Made by a program: the position numbers and the translations under genes. The notes beneath the pieces were generated by a model. That model worked only from the letters and a program-made list of their open reading frames with translations. It did no database searches and was not told where the DNA came from. Positions 9,583 to 19,300 of a DNA stretch of 47,237 bases are shown one piece after another. The DNA is from Acidocella sp. (GTDB lineage Bacteria > Pseudomonadota > Alphaproteobacteria > Acetobacterales > Acetobacteraceae), in the NCBI GenBank assembly GCA_035427885.1, contig DAOMCN010000002.1, positions 1 to 47,237 of the forward strand. The letters run 5' to 3'. Position 1 is the first letter of the stretch. Each line of letters opens with the position of its first letter.

Positions 9583-9709
9583 AGTCTGATCGCCTGAGGT
9601 TAACGTAGCTCCGCGCGGCAACCGAAGGCATTAATCAGCCTCGTATCAAACAGCTAGAGCGATATCCGTGGTAAATTGAACCGGAAGGTTCGACTTAACC
9701 AGAGGAAAT
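9579..9709. repeat. Two adjacent CTAG-bounded palindromic mini-elements
   Basis: CTAGAGTCTGAT...ATCAAACAGCTAG (imperfect terminal inverted repeat), then CTAGAGCGATATCCGTGGTAAATTGAACC-GGAA-GGTTCGACTTAACCAGAGGAAAT hairpin resembling 45682-45721. Confidence 0.55.
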
Positions 9710-9885
9710 TCCTTGTAAAAACATGGCCTGGATGGACTGTGCGATGCGCTGCAGCGGCTCATCTTCATTGGCAAGGTAGGGAGCTTGGTATAGTTATTGG
9801 GCGTATAGAGCGCGCCTAAAGCGACCATGCTCCAGGGGCGTGAACAGAATTTGGAGTCTGCGCAACCAGGGATCGGGTCATAGAC

Positions 9886-10989
9886 GTGAAGATTGTCGTT
9901 AGCTTGTTTGCACTGCTCTCGCTGTTTGCCGTGGGTGCCCGGGCGGATAGCTCGCCTGTGCAATCTGCGGCGCCGTCTTATGATCAGTACAAGGACTGGC
10001 TGGTTGCCTGCGACAATAGCCTGAATTGCGAAGCCAAGGTGTTCGGCAGTGACGACAATGACGATGCCGGGCAGCTCACTCTCACGCGCGCGGGCGGTGC
10101 CGATGGCGCGTTGAAGGTCGAGATTGCCGCGGGTGCGGCGCTGGGGGCGCGGGGTGTGCGGCTTGATGGCCAGCCCCTCACGCTGGGCGAGGGCTGGAAG
10201 GCCAGCACCTCAGACGGTGTGACGACGCTTGATGCCACCAGTTATGAGGTAGTGCGCCAGTTGATTGAGGCGGCGCGCAATGGCCAGGAGATTGAACTGG
10301 CGGTCGTCGCGAATGCGGGCGGCGGCGTGCGTTCCATTCCGTTGTCACTGCATGGGTTTTCGGCCGCTTTGCTGCGTATGGATGCGCGCCAGGGCCGGGT
10401 GGGCACCGAGACCGCGTTGCTCAACCCCGGCACACAGCCCGCCCGCGCCGTGCCGCCCGCGCCACCCATGCCGCTGGTGCCTTGGCACCCCATTACCGCG
10501 CAGTTGGCGCCAGGCGAGGATAAGCGGCTGATCGACACTGTCACCAAGGCCGGGACGGCGGTGCTGGAGCATGAGCAGTGCGACGCTTCCCAGGACTCCA
10601 GCGATTTCACGCCCAGCGTGTTCGCGCTGGGGACTAAACAGGCGCTGGTCCTGATTCCGTGCATCGAAGGAGCTTATCAGGGGTCTTATGTCGGGTTCAT
10701 CGCCGGGCGGGCGGATCGGACGCAGGCCGAGTTGAAATTGTCCACGCCTATGAAGGGCAATGATGCCTCCGACCAGAGCACGACGATGCTGACCGAGGCG
10801 GATTTTGACCCTAAGACAGGCATGCTCTCAATGTTCGCGAAGGGCCGCGGGTTGGGGGACTGCGGTGAGGCGGCAAGTTGGATCTGGGAGGGCACGAGGT
10901 TTGTGCTGTCATCGCTGACATACCAGGATAATTGCGGTGGGGTGATGGCGGGGGATTGGCCAGTGCTGTTTGATTCGCGGCAGAATTAG
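9886..10989 (+). CDS. Secreted DUF1176-like protein
   Basis: Signal peptide MKIVVSLFALLSLFAVGARA; KDWLVACDN, GAYQ, KGRGLGDCG motifs; paired Cys. Confidence 0.8.
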   Translation: MKIVVSLFALLSLFAVGARADSSPVQSAAPSYDQYKDWLVACDNSLNCEAKVFGSDDNDDAGQLTLTRAGGADGALKVEIAAGAALGARGVRLDGQPLTLGEGWKASTSDGVTTLDATSYEVVRQLIEAARNGQEIELAVVANAGGGVRSIPLSLHGFSAALLRMDARQGRVGTETALLNPGTQPARAVPPAPPMPLVPWHPITAQLAPGEDKRLIDTVTKAGTAVLEHEQCDASQDSSDFTPSVFALGTKQALVLIPCIEGAYQGSYVGFIAGRADRTQAELKLSTPMKGNDASDQSTTMLTEADFDPKTGMLSMFAKGRGLGDCGEAASWIWEGTRFVLSSLTYQDNCGGVMAGDWPVLFDSRQN

Positions 10990-11038
10990 AGCATCCTCTT
11001 GTGGTCAAGCCCCATTCTGCCGCCCATTTTTGTCCCGC

Positions 11039-11701
11039 CTAGAGCGCTGCCACCAACAGGCGGAACGAGGCCTCGTTCACATCGCGCGGGATGATATGAA
11101 CCGGGATCGGCAGGTAATGCTTCAGCGATTCCGCGGTTTCCTTGGGAGCCATCGGCGCATCCACGCTCTCGCTCAGAACGATGGCGGTAATGGCGACGCC
11201 GCGCGTGGCCAGGGTTTCGGCGGCGGTGATGGTGTGGCTGATGGTGCCGAGGTAGGTCCCGGCGACCAGAATCGCGGGCACGCGCAGGGCCGAGATCCAG
11301 TCCGCCACGAGATGGCTCTGATCGAGCGGCACTGCGACACCGCCGACCCCCTCGATCAGCAGCGTCTCGGGTGAAGCCGCAATCGCCGCCTCGCAAAAAT
11401 CGACCAGGGCGTTGAAATCAATCCGCCGGTTTTCCCGGGCGGCGGCGATATCAGGCGAGAGCGGGGCGAGGTAGCGCCAGGGCGTGATGGCGGCGATATT
11501 GGCCAAGGTCGGCTGCTTGCCCATCGCGGCGAGGAGAACGGCGGTATCCGACCCGCCGAGCTGTTCGGGGTCGAAGCCTGAGAGCAGAGGTTTGATAGCG
11601 GCAAAGCGCCGGGAAGATTCGCGCGCCGCCCGGAGGATACCTGACGTGACATAAGTCTTGCCGATATCCGTGCCCGTCGCGGTAACAAAATAGCAACTCA
11701 T
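11039..11701 (-). CDS. bioD: Dethiobiotin synthase
   Basis: FVTATGTDIGKT, KPLLSG, PLSPDIAA, IEGVGG, LGTISHT. Confidence 0.96.
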   Translation of the reverse strand: MSCYFVTATGTDIGKTYVTSGILRAARESSRRFAAIKPLLSGFDPEQLGGSDTAVLLAAMGKQPTLANIAAITPWRYLAPLSPDIAAARENRRIDFNALVDFCEAAIAASPETLLIEGVGGVAVPLDQSHLVADWISALRVPAILVAGTYLGTISHTITAAETLATRGVAITAIVLSESVDAPMAPKETAESLKHYLPIPVHIIPRDVNEASFRLLVAAL

Positions 11702-11766
11702 GGACCACCCTTTCCTCGACTGATGCATCGGTTTAACCTGATTGGCAATTGATCCTGGAGATTGCC

Positions 11767-12726
11767 GTGCCCGAGAGCCTCATCGCTGCAAAACCACGCT
11801 GGAGCCGCGACGATGTTGCGGCGTTGCTGGCCTTGCCGTTCCCCGAGCTGATGTTCAGGGCGCAAGGCGTGCACCGCGAAAATTTCGATCCGACTCGGGT
11901 GCAGATCTCGACCTTGCTCTCGATCAAGACTGGCGGCTGCCCGGAGGATTGCGGCTATTGCCCACAGGCGGCCTCGTCGGACACGGGGACCAAGGCCGAA
12001 AAACTGATGGCCGTGGATAAGGTGCTGGCCGAGGCCCGCGCCGCCAAGGAAAAAGGTGCGGCGCGCTTCTGCATGGGCGCCGCCTGGCGCTCGCCCAAGG
12101 AGCATGACCTCGACAATGTATGCGCCATGATCTCGGGCGTGAAGGCGCTGGGCCTGGAGACCTGCGTGACGCTGGGAATGCTGACCGGGCCGCAGACCGC
12201 GAAGCTGAAGGACGCCGGGCTGGATTACTACAACCATAACCTCGACACCTCTCCCGAATACTACGGCAAGGTGATCTCGACGCGCACCTATCAGGACCGG
12301 CTGGATACGCTGGAGCATGTGCGCGACGCCGGGATCAACGTGTGCTGCGGCGGGATCGTGGGCATGGGCGAGGATGAGCAAGACCGCGCCGGGTTGATCG
12401 CGACGCTGGCCAGCCTGCCTGAAGCCCCGGAATCTGTGCCGATCAACGCTCTCGTCGCGGTCGAAGGCACACCGCTGGCCAACGCCGAGCCGATCGACCC
12501 GATCGCCTTCGTGCGCGTGGTGGCGGTGGCGCGCATCACCATGCCCAAGAGCTACGTCCGCCTCTCCGCCGGGCGCGAGTCGATGACCGACGAGGCGCAG
12601 GCCTTGTGCTTCCTGGCCGGCGCGAACTCGATTTTCCACGGCGAAAAATTGCTGACAACAAAGAACGCGACCGTCAACCACGACGAAGCGCTGTTCGCCA
12701 AGCTGGGCATCCGGCCCGAACATTGA
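11767..12726 (+). CDS. bioB: Biotin synthase
   Basis: Radical [32 protein letters not shown]; GTG start behind GGAG. Confidence 0.97.
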   Translation: MPESLIAAKPRWSRDDVAALLALPFPELMFRAQGVHRENFDPTRVQISTLLSIKTGGCPEDCGYCPQAASSDTGTKAEKLMAVDKVLAEARAAKEKGAARFCMGAAWRSPKEHDLDNVCAMISGVKALGLETCVTLGMLTGPQTAKLKDAGLDYYNHNLDTSPEYYGKVISTRTYQDRLDTLEHVRDAGINVCCGGIVGMGEDEQDRAGLIATLASLPEAPESVPINALVAVEGTPLANAEPIDPIAFVRVVAVARITMPKSYVRLSAGRESMTDEAQALCFLAGANSIFHGEKLLTTKNATVNHDEALFAKLGIRPEH

Positions 12727-13976
12727 GCTGGCTGGAGGAAGGCTGGCGGCATGTCTGGCTGCCCTACGCGCAGATGCAGACCGCGCCGCTCCCTTTGCCG
12801 GTGGCGCGCACCGAGGGCAGCCGGATATACCTCGAGGACGGGCGGGCTCTGATCGACGGGATCGCCTCCTGGTGGACCGCCTGCCACGGCTATAACCACC
12901 CCCATATCCGCGCCGCCGTCGCCGCGCAGTTGGAGTGCTTGCCGCATGTGATGTTCGGCGGCCTGGCGCATGAACCGGCGTATCGGCTCTCGACGCGCCT
13001 GGCCACTCTGCTACCGGACCCGCTCAATCGCGTATTTTTCACTGATTCCGGCTCCGTCGCGGTCGAGGTGGCGCTCAAGATCGCGGTGCAGTCGCGCCTG
13101 AACCAGGGGCAGCGCGGACGGACCAAAATTCTCGCCTTCTCGGGCGGCTATCATGGCGACACGCTGGGCACGATGGCAATCTGCGACCCCGAGGAAGGGA
13201 TGCACAGCCTCTTCGCCGGTTTGCTGCCCGAACACCCGGTGGTCCCCCTGCCGCGCGACCCGGACTCGATTGTCGCGTTCGATCTGTTCGTCGAGCAACA
13301 CGCTCCCACCCTGGCCGCGATCATCGTTGAGCCCCTGGTCCAGGGTGCGGGCGGTATGGTCCTACATCCGCCCGCCGTGCTACGCCACTTGCGCAAAACC
13401 GCCGACCATTACGGCCTGACGCTGATTTTCGACGAGATTTTTACCGGCTTCGCCCGCACCGGCACGTTCTTCGCGTTCGAGCAGGCGGGGGTCGTCCCCG
13501 ATATCCTCACCCTCTCCAAAGCCCTGACCGGCGGCACCTTGCCGCTCGCGGCGACCATCGCCTCGGACGCCCTGTTCGCCGCCTTCTTGTCGGACAGCCC
13601 GATGACAGCCCTGATGCACGGGCCGACCTACATGGCCAACGCGCTCGGCTGTGCTGCGGCCAACGCCTCGCTCGACCTTTTCGAGACCGAACCGCGCCTC
13701 GCCCAGGCGGGGGCAATTTCCACGCAACTGGCGCGTGAACTGGAGCCCTGCCGCAGCCTCCCCGGCGTCAAGGACGTGCGCGTATTGGGAGCCATCGGCG
13801 TCGTGGAGCTGGACCGGATTGAAAACCCCGCCGCCCTACGCACCGCGTTGGTGGCGCAAGGCGTCTGGGTCCGCCCATTCCGCAATATCCTCTATTTGAC
13901 CCCGGCGCTGACCATCCACCCAGAGGAGCTGTCGCACCTTTGCACCGCTATTTTCACGGTGCTGAGCGCGCCGTAG
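12723..13976 (+). CDS. bioA: Adenosylmethionine-8-amino-7-oxononanoate aminotransferase
   Basis: [55 protein letters not shown]; TTG start overlaps bioB stop (TTGA). Confidence 0.96.
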   Translation: MSWLEEGWRHVWLPYAQMQTAPLPLPVARTEGSRIYLEDGRALIDGIASWWTACHGYNHPHIRAAVAAQLECLPHVMFGGLAHEPAYRLSTRLATLLPDPLNRVFFTDSGSVAVEVALKIAVQSRLNQGQRGRTKILAFSGGYHGDTLGTMAICDPEEGMHSLFAGLLPEHPVVPLPRDPDSIVAFDLFVEQHAPTLAAIIVEPLVQGAGGMVLHPPAVLRHLRKTADHYGLTLIFDEIFTGFARTGTFFAFEQAGVVPDILTLSKALTGGTLPLAATIASDALFAAFLSDSPMTALMHGPTYMANALGCAAANASLDLFETEPRLAQAGAISTQLARELEPCRSLPGVKDVRVLGAIGVVELDRIENPAALRTALVAQGVWVRPFRNILYLTPALTIHPEELSHLCTAIFTVLSAP

Positions 13977-15363
13977 CGCCCGCCGCTGCCACAATCACCG
14001 CCAGGGCGCAGGACGCGAGCCGCGCGCGCCCGGAATCGGCCCTGCTGGTAAGGATAATCGGCACTGCCGCGCCGAGCACGATCCCGGCAGCATCCGCATT
14101 TGCCAGGAAGGTGAGCTGCTTGGCCAGAATATTCCCCGCCTCGATATTCGGTACGACCAGAATATCCGCCATCCCGGCGACGGGCGAGACAATCCCCTTC
14201 TGCGCCGCCGCCGCCTGGCTGATAGCATTATCGAAGGCCAACGGCCCGTCCAGCACCCCGCCGGTGATCTGCCCACGCTCGGCCATCTTGCATAAGGCAG
14301 CCGCGTCCAATGTCGATTGCATCTCCGGGTTGACCGTCTCAACCGCCGCCAGGATGGCGACCCGCGGCGCCGCGATGCCCAGCATCTGCGCAAGATCGAT
14401 CGCGTTCTGCACGATTGAGCGCTTATCCTCCAGCGTCGGCGCAATATTGATGGCGGCGTCGGTCACCATCAGCGGGCGCGGGTAGGAGGGCACATCCATG
14501 ACATAAACATGGCTCAACCGCCGCCCCGTGCGCAGCCCTGTCTGCGCCTGCATGACCTCATGCAGCAACTCATCGGTATGCAGCGAACCCTTCATCAGCA
14601 GCTTGGCCTCGCCAGAGCGCACCAAAGCAACAGCCCGCGCCGCGGAGTCGTGGCTATGCGCAGCAGGCTCGATGCGCAACCCGCTGATGTCGATGTCATG
14701 TATCGCCGCGACGGCACGGATCTTCTGCTCCGGCCCGACCAGAATCGGCGCGATCAACCCCCGCGCGGCCGCTTCCACTGCGGCGAGCAGAGAGATCTCG
14801 TCGCAAGGATGCGCAATCGCGGTCGGCAACGGCTGCCCCGCCGAGGCGCGCTCAAGTAACCCGCGCAGGGTTTCGTGGCGCAGCAACCTGACCTCGGGCA
14901 GCGTCATCGCCCGTCGGCTGATCTTCTCGACGGGTGCGACCACGCTGGCCGTGCCGCGGATCACCTCAACCCCCTCCTGGTTGCGGCAATGGCAATCTAG
15001 CACCAGCCGGTGTTTCTCGGGCACCCGCTCGGTCACGGTCACCGTCGCAGTAATCGTGTCCCCGGGGCTGACCGGCGCGCGGAACTGCAAATCCTGGCCG
15101 AGATAAATCGTCCCAGGCCCCGGCAGCTTGGTGCCGAGCACGGCGGAGATCAGCCCCGCCGTGAGCACCCCTTGCGCGATGATGTGGTGGAACAAATCGG
15201 TCGCCGCGTAATCGGCATCGAGATGCGCCGGGTTGATGTCCCCGGAGATAACCGAGAACAGCGCGATGTCATCAAGCGTGATGGTGCGCGTGAGGCTTGC
15301 GGAATCGCCGATGGCGATATCCTTGAACACGCGGTTTTCCAGCAATTCAGTCGTGATGTCCAT
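13954..15363 (-). CDS. MaoC (R)-enoyl-CoA hydratase / phosphate acyltransferase fusion
   Basis: N-terminal MaoC GDINPAH...LPGPGTIY; C-terminal Pta/Ptb MKGSLHT, DAAINIAP, DGPLAFDNA, NIEAGN, LTSRAD. Confidence 0.92.
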   Translation of the reverse strand: MDITTELLENRVFKDIAIGDSASLTRTITLDDIALFSVISGDINPAHLDADYAATDLFHHIIAQGVLTAGLISAVLGTKLPGPGTIYLGQDLQFRAPVSPGDTITATVTVTERVPEKHRLVLDCHCRNQEGVEVIRGTASVVAPVEKISRRAMTLPEVRLLRHETLRGLLERASAGQPLPTAIAHPCDEISLLAAVEAAARGLIAPILVGPEQKIRAVAAIHDIDISGLRIEPAAHSHDSAARAVALVRSGEAKLLMKGSLHTDELLHEVMQAQTGLRTGRRLSHVYVMDVPSYPRPLMVTDAAINIAPTLEDKRSIVQNAIDLAQMLGIAAPRVAILAAVETVNPEMQSTLDAAALCKMAERGQITGGVLDGPLAFDNAISQAAAAQKGIVSPVAGMADILVVPNIEAGNILAKQLTFLANADAAGIVLGAAVPIILTSRADSGRARLASCALAVIVAAAGATARSAP

Positions 15364-15392
15364 TTGCGCTCTCTCAAAAAAGGCAGGCTTCT

Positions 15393-17192
15393 TCAGCGTT
15401 GCAGGATGTATTGTCCGGGGGCGGCCTCAAGCGGAACGAATCCCGCCCCGGGTGCGCCCATTTCGGGTGGCGCCACGGGCGCGCCAGATTGCGCGGCGAG
15501 CCATCCCGTCCAGGCGGGCCACCAGGAGCCTTCCTGGTAATTCGCCTCCCCGCTCCACTCCTCCGGCGCGACATAGAGCCCCCCCGCCGGGCGGTGCAGC
15601 AGGGCATAATGCCGGTGCCTATGCCCAGGTTCACTGACCACCCCGGCGTTATGCCCGCCCGAGGTAAGGACGAAGGTAAAATCACCCGAATTTAGCAGTT
15701 GCAGCTTATAGACCGAGCGCCATGGCGCGATATGGTCGGTCTCGGTGCCGATGACGAAGAAGGGCACATGAATATCGGCGAGTGAGATTTTCCGCCCACT
15801 CGCGATGAACCGCCCTTCCGCGAGGTCGTTATTCTCGAACAGCCAGTGCAGGTATTCCGAATGCATCCGAAACGGCATGCGCGTGGCGTCTGTGTTCCAG
15901 GACATCATATCGTTGGGATGCTCGGCCTCGCCCAAATAGTAACGGCGCACGAGATGCGACCAGATAAGATCATTGGCGCGCAACATCTGAAACGCCCCGG
16001 CCATTTGCGAGCTGTCAAGGTATCCCTGCGCCCACATCGTATCGTCCAGAAAGGCGAGTTGGGATTCGTTGATGAAGAGCTGCAGCTCCCCCGCCTCGGT
16101 GAAGTCCGTTTGCGCGGCGAGAAGGGTGACGGTGGCGAACCGCTCGTCATGGTCGCGCGCCATTGTGGCGGCGGTAATGGCGAGCAGCGTCCCGCCCAGG
16201 CAGTAGCCGGTGGCGTGGATTTTGGCGCTGTCGCAAACCGCGCTGACGGCGTCGATCGCCGCCATAACCCCAAGGCGGCGATAATCGTCGAGGCCGGTAT
16301 CGCGCATTGAGGCATCCGGGTTGCGCCAGGAGATGCAGAACACCGTAAAACCCTGTCCGGTAAGGTAGCGCACCATCGAATTATGCGGTGAGAGGTCGAG
16401 GATATAATATTTCATAATCCAAGCCGGAACGATCAGAATCGGCTCATGCCGCACGGTCTTGGTCGTGGGGCTGTACTGGATCAACTCGATCAACTCATTG
16501 CGGAAGATGACGCTGCCCGGCGTAATGGCGACATCGCGTCCTGGCAGCATCGGGAGAGGTTGCGTCTTGGCGTTGCCTGCGGCTTCGAGGTCGGCGACAA
16601 AATTCTTCAGCCCAGCGTGCCAGTTGACCCCGCCGGTGGCCTGGGTCGCGGCCAGAACCTCCGGGTTGAGGGCGGCCATGTTGGAGGGTGACAGCATATC
16701 GAGCATCTGCCGCGCGACGAAGGCGACAATGCGTTCATGATGCCTGGAAACGCCGGGAACCCCGGTTGTCGCCGCCTCCCACCAGCGTTCGGTGCGTAGG
16801 AATTTCTGCTGCGCCAATGCAAAGGGCCCCTGGTTCCAGCCGGGATAATCAAAGCGGTGGTCCCCCGGCGCCGGTTCGATCATTTCCGTGGGCATGCCGA
16901 GGCTCAGGCGGATCATAGCCGCGGTATCGGCGGCTGCCTGCTGGGCTAGCCGCATCCGTCGGCCAGGATCTCCGGCGAGATGCATGAACCAATCAGTCCA
17001 GGCAAGATTGAGCGCCGCTGGCGACAGCCCGCCGGTCAGCCGCGCCTGCATGGCATGCAAAGCGCGATCAACCACCGGAATATCGGGGTGCGGTTTTTCC
17101 GCAACGGGGACAAGCGGCGTTTGTGGCGCGCGATTGACCGGATTCAGGGATGCTAATTTTTCTGACGCTGGATCTGTGAGAAAATCGTCCAT
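15393..17192 (-). CDS. phaC: Polyhydroxyalkanoate synthase (class I-like, N-terminal extension)
   Basis: PAWIMKYYILDL, lipase box GYCLGG, DHIAPW, SGGHNAG, GSWWPAW, APGQY; N-terminal ARLTGGLSP...DW. Confidence 0.94.
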   Translation of the reverse strand: MDDFLTDPASEKLASLNPVNRAPQTPLVPVAEKPHPDIPVVDRALHAMQARLTGGLSPAALNLAWTDWFMHLAGDPGRRMRLAQQAAADTAAMIRLSLGMPTEMIEPAPGDHRFDYPGWNQGPFALAQQKFLRTERWWEAATTGVPGVSRHHERIVAFVARQMLDMLSPSNMAALNPEVLAATQATGGVNWHAGLKNFVADLEAAGNAKTQPLPMLPGRDVAITPGSVIFRNELIELIQYSPTTKTVRHEPILIVPAWIMKYYILDLSPHNSMVRYLTGQGFTVFCISWRNPDASMRDTGLDDYRRLGVMAAIDAVSAVCDSAKIHATGYCLGGTLLAITAATMARDHDERFATVTLLAAQTDFTEAGELQLFINESQLAFLDDTMWAQGYLDSSQMAGAFQMLRANDLIWSHLVRRYYLGEAEHPNDMMSWNTDATRMPFRMHSEYLHWLFENNDLAEGRFIASGRKISLADIHVPFFVIGTETDHIAPWRSVYKLQLLNSGDFTFVLTSGGHNAGVVSEPGHRHRHYALLHRPAGGLYVAPEEWSGEANYQEGSWWPAWTGWLAAQSGAPVAPPEMGAPGAGFVPLEAAPGQYILQR

Positions 17193-17291
17193 GAACAAAC
17201 CTCTTTTGTTAGGCAAGAAGAAGTTGGCCGCTAATTGTGTAAAGGACAATGCTGGTCGTCACGCACCTTGGTGGCATCCGACTTGGCCAAC

Positions 17292-17564
17292 TCAAGATGA
17301 TGAAAGCTCCTGTTTGTGCGCGGCAACGCTGGGCCGTTCTTCCGGAAGGACGGCAATCCCCGGCTGGTCGAGCAACGCGCCCAACAAGGCTGCATTAGCG
17401 CGCATCAAGGCCTGCATGTAAGCCATCTGCGCCTGTGTGATGCTGCGCGACACCTCGATAAACCGCTCGAAAAGCAGCCCGGAAGGCAGCAACTTTTGCT
17501 CCGCAGTCAACAATTCCTTCGATATTTGGAAGATTTCAAACGGATCGGAAGATGTCTCGACCAT
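17292..17564 (-). CDS. Small helical protein upstream of phaC (possible phasin-like)
   Basis: 90-aa ORF with GGAG SD; amphipathic helix RFIEVSRSITQAQMAYMQALMRANAALL; co-oriented with phaC. Confidence 0.55.
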   Translation of the reverse strand: MVETSSDPFEIFQISKELLTAEQKLLPSGLLFERFIEVSRSITQAQMAYMQALMRANAALLGALLDQPGIAVLPEERPSVAAHKQELSSS

Positions 17565-17626
17565 ATCACGCTCCATTTCATCATAGGTCCGAACGATCAG
17601 AGGCACACAAAACCACCAGCAGCGCG

Positions 17627-17640
17627 ATGACTTGGATCAA
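17627..17640 (-). promoter_or_regulatory. FNR/FixK-like box upstream of PHA operon
   Basis: TTGATCCAAGTCAT (minus), 8/10; centre ~70 bp before ATG 17564. Confidence 0.6.
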
Positions 17641-18046
17641 ACCATTTTGCACCGTATCGAACCACGCGTTTCGCGCAAGGCAGATTCGCTTGTAGCCGAT
17701 AGACAGCGCCCGCGTCGTTTAACCTTACGCCCTTTGCAATCGTGAGTTTGGAAGGAAGTTCAGCGGAAAGACATACACCGCTGTAAAAATTCATCGTTCT
17801 GTAAACCGGAACTGTTCAGCGAACAGCTCACCCTGTGCAGATCCACGAGTGACTGCCACATCTCGAAATGTGCATGCGGGGACGGCGTATGCACCACACC
17901 CAACGTCTAATTTGAAAAATTAAACAAAAAGTAAAATTTCAGCCATGTTTTAGAAAGTCCTCTTCCGGAGGCGCGACCTTGAGAAATCTGTTGTTTACCG
18001 GATTGGTTTATAAACAGGAAATGGCAACATCCATAAGCTATTAATC

Positions 18047-19300
18047 TTGGCAAGGGAGCGCGACCGTTGGCTGTTGCCGCTGATCGACCGCGCCCTGGCC
18101 GCGCCCGGTTGGCTGCCGCGCCTGCCGCCTGCCCTGCGCGCGGATTACAAGGCCGACCGCCTGTTGCAGTGCCGCCTGTTCAACCGTCGGTTACTTCTCG
18201 TCCTGACCCTTATCTTCGACCTGTACTGGTTCAACCAGCAAAGTGCTGCGCCTGAAATTCTGCCGCTTTCCACGTTGTTGCGATTCTGCGTGCTGAGCCC
18301 CGCCGTGCTGGTTTTTCTGGTACTGGACTGGCGCGGCCTTCCGGGCCGGTTTTACGGCGTGGGCCTGTTCGTTCTTGCACTTTTGCCGGCGCTAATCTCC
18401 GCGGTGCTGTGTGTACATACAACCTCCGCTGCGGAATTGCTGGACATCCGCGCAACGCCGCTCATTTTGCTGGGTTCGAGCATGGCGCTGCGGCTCCCCT
18501 TGGTGGAGATGATCCTGAACGCCACCCTGACTGCGGCCTTATTTATCTTGTCTCTCCTCTTCTGCCCCGTCCTTGAGCATGCCGAGCTGGGCTCGCTCTC
18601 GCTGATCGAGATTTCCATCGCGATCACCTCGGTTGGCTTCAACTTGCAGCTGGAGTGGCGCGACCGCCGGGTGTTTCTGCTGAACGTCGCCGAGCGGATA
18701 ATGCGGACCGAGTTGACGGCGCGTAATCGCGGTCTGATCCGCGAAACGCTGACCGATACGCTGACCGGCATCGCCAATCGCCGCTGCTTCGAGGAGACCA
18801 TCGCGACTCTCTGGCGCGAGGGGCTACGAAACAGCGCGCCGGTCGGGCTGATCATGGTGGATGTCGATCACTTCAAGGCGTTCAACGATCATTACGGCCA
18901 CCAGCGGGGCGATGAATGTCTGCGTCTGGTGGCGCTCAAAATGTCTGGACAACTTCGCGCCAACGACGTTTTGGCGCGTTATGGCGGGGAAGAGTTCGCA
19001 GTCCTGCTCCCGGACGCTTCGTTGGAAACGGTCTACGCCGTGGCCGAGCGTATTCGTGTGGCGGTGGAATCGCTCCGCCTACCGCATCGCGCCCTGGGAC
19101 AACAGGCCGTTTTGACAGTCAGCCTTGGGGTAGCCAGCCTTGTCCCGGCAAATGCATCGGGTATCCACCGTTTGATCGCCGAAGCTGACAGCGCCCTCTA
19201 TGGTGCCAAGCGTAGCGGCCGCAACAGTATCGGACAAAAGCCCGGCGCCGCGCGACCCGGCCCATTCGCCACCTTGCGCGAGCAGGGGGGCGCATCATGA
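18047..19300 (+). CDS. Membrane-bound diguanylate cyclase
   Basis: Several TM segments, then DTLTGIANRR, DVDHFKAFNDHYGH..GD, I-site RAND, GGEEF. Start uncertain. Confidence 0.92.
   Translation: MARERDRWLLPLIDRALAAPGWLPRLPPALRADYKADRLLQCRLFNRRLLLVLTLIFDLYWFNQQSAAPEILPLSTLLRFCVLSPAVLVFLVLDWRGLPGRFYGVGLFVLALLPALISAVLCVHTTSAAELLDIRATPLILLGSSMALRLPLVEMILNATLTAALFILSLLFCPVLEHAELGSLSLIEISIAITSVGFNLQLEWRDRRVFLLNVAERIMRTELTARNRGLIRETLTDTLTGIANRRCFEETIATLWREGLRNSAPVGLIMVDVDHFKAFNDHYGHQRGDECLRLVALKMSGQLRANDVLARYGGEEFAVLLPDASLETVYAVAERIRVAVESLRLPHRALGQQAVLTVSLGVASLVPANASGIHRLIAEADSALYGAKRSGRNSIGQKPGAARPGPFATLREQGGAS

Noticed and set aside
9646-9963. 105-aa minus-strand ORF in the mlaF-DUF1176 gap, and 65-aa ORF at 17597-17794
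   Set aside because: The first overlaps the DUF1176 start and runs through repeat elements; neither shows a clear SD or protein motif.
11702-11766. GGTTTAACC as a BirA operator
   Set aside because: No second half-site at the expected spacing; no BioR TTATMKATAA box.
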